Shown: positions 62,070-64,000 of the stretch, one piece after another | How the letters are laid out: each line of letters begins with the position of its first letter | Numbering within the stretch: the stretch's first letter is position 1 | Assembly (NCBI GenBank): GCA_026770705.1 | Contig: JANJGN010000026.1 | Coordinates: 37,448,001-37,512,000 of the forward strand | DNA length: 64,000 bases | Reading direction: 5' to 3' | DNA from: Isurus oxyrinchus | Lineage: Eukaryota | Notes under the pieces: generated by a model | The model's input: only the letters and a program-made list of their open reading frames with translations | The model's database searches: none | Told to the model about the DNA's origin: nothing | Translations under genes and position numbers: made by a program

Positions 62070-62546
62070 ATGTGTTCCCTGTATGTTTTACTGATAACAA
62101 TGGTCGTGCTACCCGGTGCGTCTGGACTAAAATCCTCAGTGTGTGTTTCATGGGTTATATTTACTCACAGATTGTTGACACATTCTATATGTTGTTACAG
62201 GAACGAGTGGCCAAGATTCAGTTTCCCAGGATCCGCTTGAATTAACATTTCAGGAAGGACAGACCATAATATTGAACTGCAATTACACAACAAAATACCC
62301 TTCAACAACTCTCTTCTGGTACATCCAGTATCCAGGGGAAGCTCCGAGATATTTGCTGAAGAAGTACGGCATGGGGAAGGGGGATAAGTCTCCAGATTTC
62401 CCTGACAGGTTTTCTGCTGATTTGGATCAGGACAAAAAAACCGTTCCTTTAAATATCGACGGGGCTCGTGTGTCTGACTCTGCCATGTATTTCTGTGCGT
62501 TGGTGCCCACAATGTAACAGAGACGCAGTCAGTCCCTACAAAAACC
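62070..62546 (+). CDS. Intact TCR alpha/delta V segment (family D); leader 62070-62115, V exon 62201-62507
   Basis: MCSLYVLLITMVVLPG/TSGQDSVSQDP…LNCNY…LFWYIQYP…DSAMYFCALVP; CACAATG, 23-bp spacer, ACAAAAACC. Confidence 0.94.
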
Positions 62547-62864
62547 GGCAAAGGCACTCTCCCCTCCTCTCAGTCACTCAGATATGTGAACTGCTAATAT
62601 AACCAAAAGCTCATTATGAAGGCCAGCATGCCCGAATGATCTCTTTCTGAAGAGCTGAATGTGTGCCATTCTATGTAAAATCCCTCTTTGTACTCGTTTT
62701 CATGGTCTCCGAGCAGCTCTCTGAATAGGAGATTCTGGTGCTGTTATCAGAACAACATTAACTATTACCCATCACTGTCCCTTCTCAAAGATTAACTCCA
62801 TTAAAGGACCAAAATTCGCTTGAATGCCTATTTTGTTATTATTCTCGAGTACACAGACGTAATT

Positions 62865-63057
62865 GTTCTGTACCTGAGTATCTTCAAGGACGGTGCCGAT
62901 AGATTTGTCAATATTAAGGAAAATAAGGGATTTGAGGATATTGCAGGAAGGTGGATATGAAGTAACTCTACCATGATCTTATTGAATAGCGGAGCAGGAC
63001 CAAATGAAGGACTGAATGATCCACATGAGCTTCTATTCTTATTCTCTTATCTTCTTC
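62865..63057 (+). mobile_element. CR1 3' tail fragment
   Basis: CCATGATCTTATTGAATAGCGGAGCAG…. Confidence 0.6.
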
Positions 63058-63322
63058 AGTCCAATTAGTTAGTTGTCAGAACAATTTATAGTGATTCCAT
63101 GTAGCTTATTCTGATGTCACGGATTGGAGCGCAAAGAAAGTGTGAGCTGATTGGATGAAATGTAGGACAAAAGAGCTTTGAGCTGATTGGGTGTCACCTG
63201 GTTCTGTCAGGAAGGAACCAATCGGTAGCGAAGCTGGATATTACTCAGCATCTTATCAACTCTCAATTAAAACAGTTCATCTTTAACTCATTGTGTTCAA
63301 ATCCACCAGCAGCTCTGTAAAC

Positions 63323-63889
63323 ATGTTGGGTGTTACCTTTTCCTCATTCCTCACAGCTGTAGCTCTCTTAAATGGTAAGTTCACAAGTTGCGCAAGTTTC
63401 ACTTTGCTCGTGACACTGTCAAATTAATCTCCCCTTTAATTGTGTTTTCTCTCTAATTACAATCTATTTCTACAGTTACCCTGATATTATCGTTCATAAT
63501 AAAGTAACAAAAAGCTTAAATTCTGTATTTCTTTATTTTGCAGCCGTTAATGCTGCAGACACGGTCTCACAGGAGCCGGTTACAGCAGCAAAGTTTGAAG
63601 GAGACTCGGTGACCATTAATTACAGCTATTCCACCATTGCTGATTCATACTCTTTACAACTGTACCGTCAGGATCGGGGTGAAGCCCCTACAATCTTAAT
63701 CTACATCCCTAAGTATGGAGATGTTTTCAGAGCAGACGGCGTGGGGACTCGATTTTCTGCCTCTCTCGACTCTTTGAAAAGTGAAGGGAATTTCACCATC
63801 CGTGACCTGCGGCTGTCTGACAGCGCTGTGTATTACTGCGGGCTGAGAGACACAGTGACAGGAACCAGAGGGAGCCCCGTGCAAGAACA
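63323..63889 (+). CDS. TCR V open reading frame with first Cys->Tyr and Trp->Leu; leader 63323-63374, V exon 63544-63850
   Basis: MLGVTFSSFLTAVALLN/AVNAADTVSQEP…TINYSY…QLYRQ…DSAVYYCGLR; CACAGTG, 23-bp spacer, GCAAGAACA. Confidence 0.82.
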
Positions 63890-64000
63890 CTGTCGCAATG
63901 TGGCAAGGTGAACGGAATGGGGGGGGGGGGGGGGGGGTGGTGGGTGTGCGGGGGGTGCAGAGTGGGAAGAAACTGAAATGAAAGACAAGAATGTGCTAAA

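Noticed and set aside
1-64000. NAR-TCR V, TAILV or IgH-like VH segments known from shark TCR delta loci
   Set aside because: No VH/NAR hallmarks (WVRQ..GKGLEW, YYCAR, NAR-type frameworks) and no adjacent D/J segments seen; the leaderless family Y lacks the extra CDR1 Cys of NAR-TCR supporting Vs
1-64000. D, J or C segments
   Set aside because: No 12-spacer RSS followed by FGxG and a splice donor, and no C1-set exon noticed by eye

Overview
This is eukaryotic DNA: part of the V-segment array of a cartilaginous-fish (shark-like) T-cell receptor alpha/delta locus. I count about 33 V segments or remnants (leader exon, intron, V exon, 23-type RSS) from roughly ten families, 19 on the minus strand and 14 on the plus strand. 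Five look fully intact (6355-6898, 25210-25685, 36215-36997, 47268-47797, 62070-62546). Three are open frames lacking canonical residues, and the rest are pseudogenes. I see no D, J or C segments and no IgH-like or NAR V. Interspersed repeats include CR1-type LINEs, a second non-LTR LINE with a tail-sharing SINE, Deu-domain SINEs and a Penelope-like element with decayed hammerhead motifs; there is one 180-N gap. The main unexplained structure is a set of about 16 CTCF-consensus motifs, each co-oriented with its neighbouring V. They lie at promoters, 15-42 bp past the RSS nonamer, or up to about 1 kb away, and the RSS-proximal ones coincide with 24/22-bp spacers. Other points of interest: a ~10-kb mirror-image duplication, a V family lacking both canonical cysteines, inverted promoter copies downstream of delta-like Vs, and a possible decayed VJ-type Ig exon. 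All calls were made by eye; species and alpha-versus-delta assignments are inferred.
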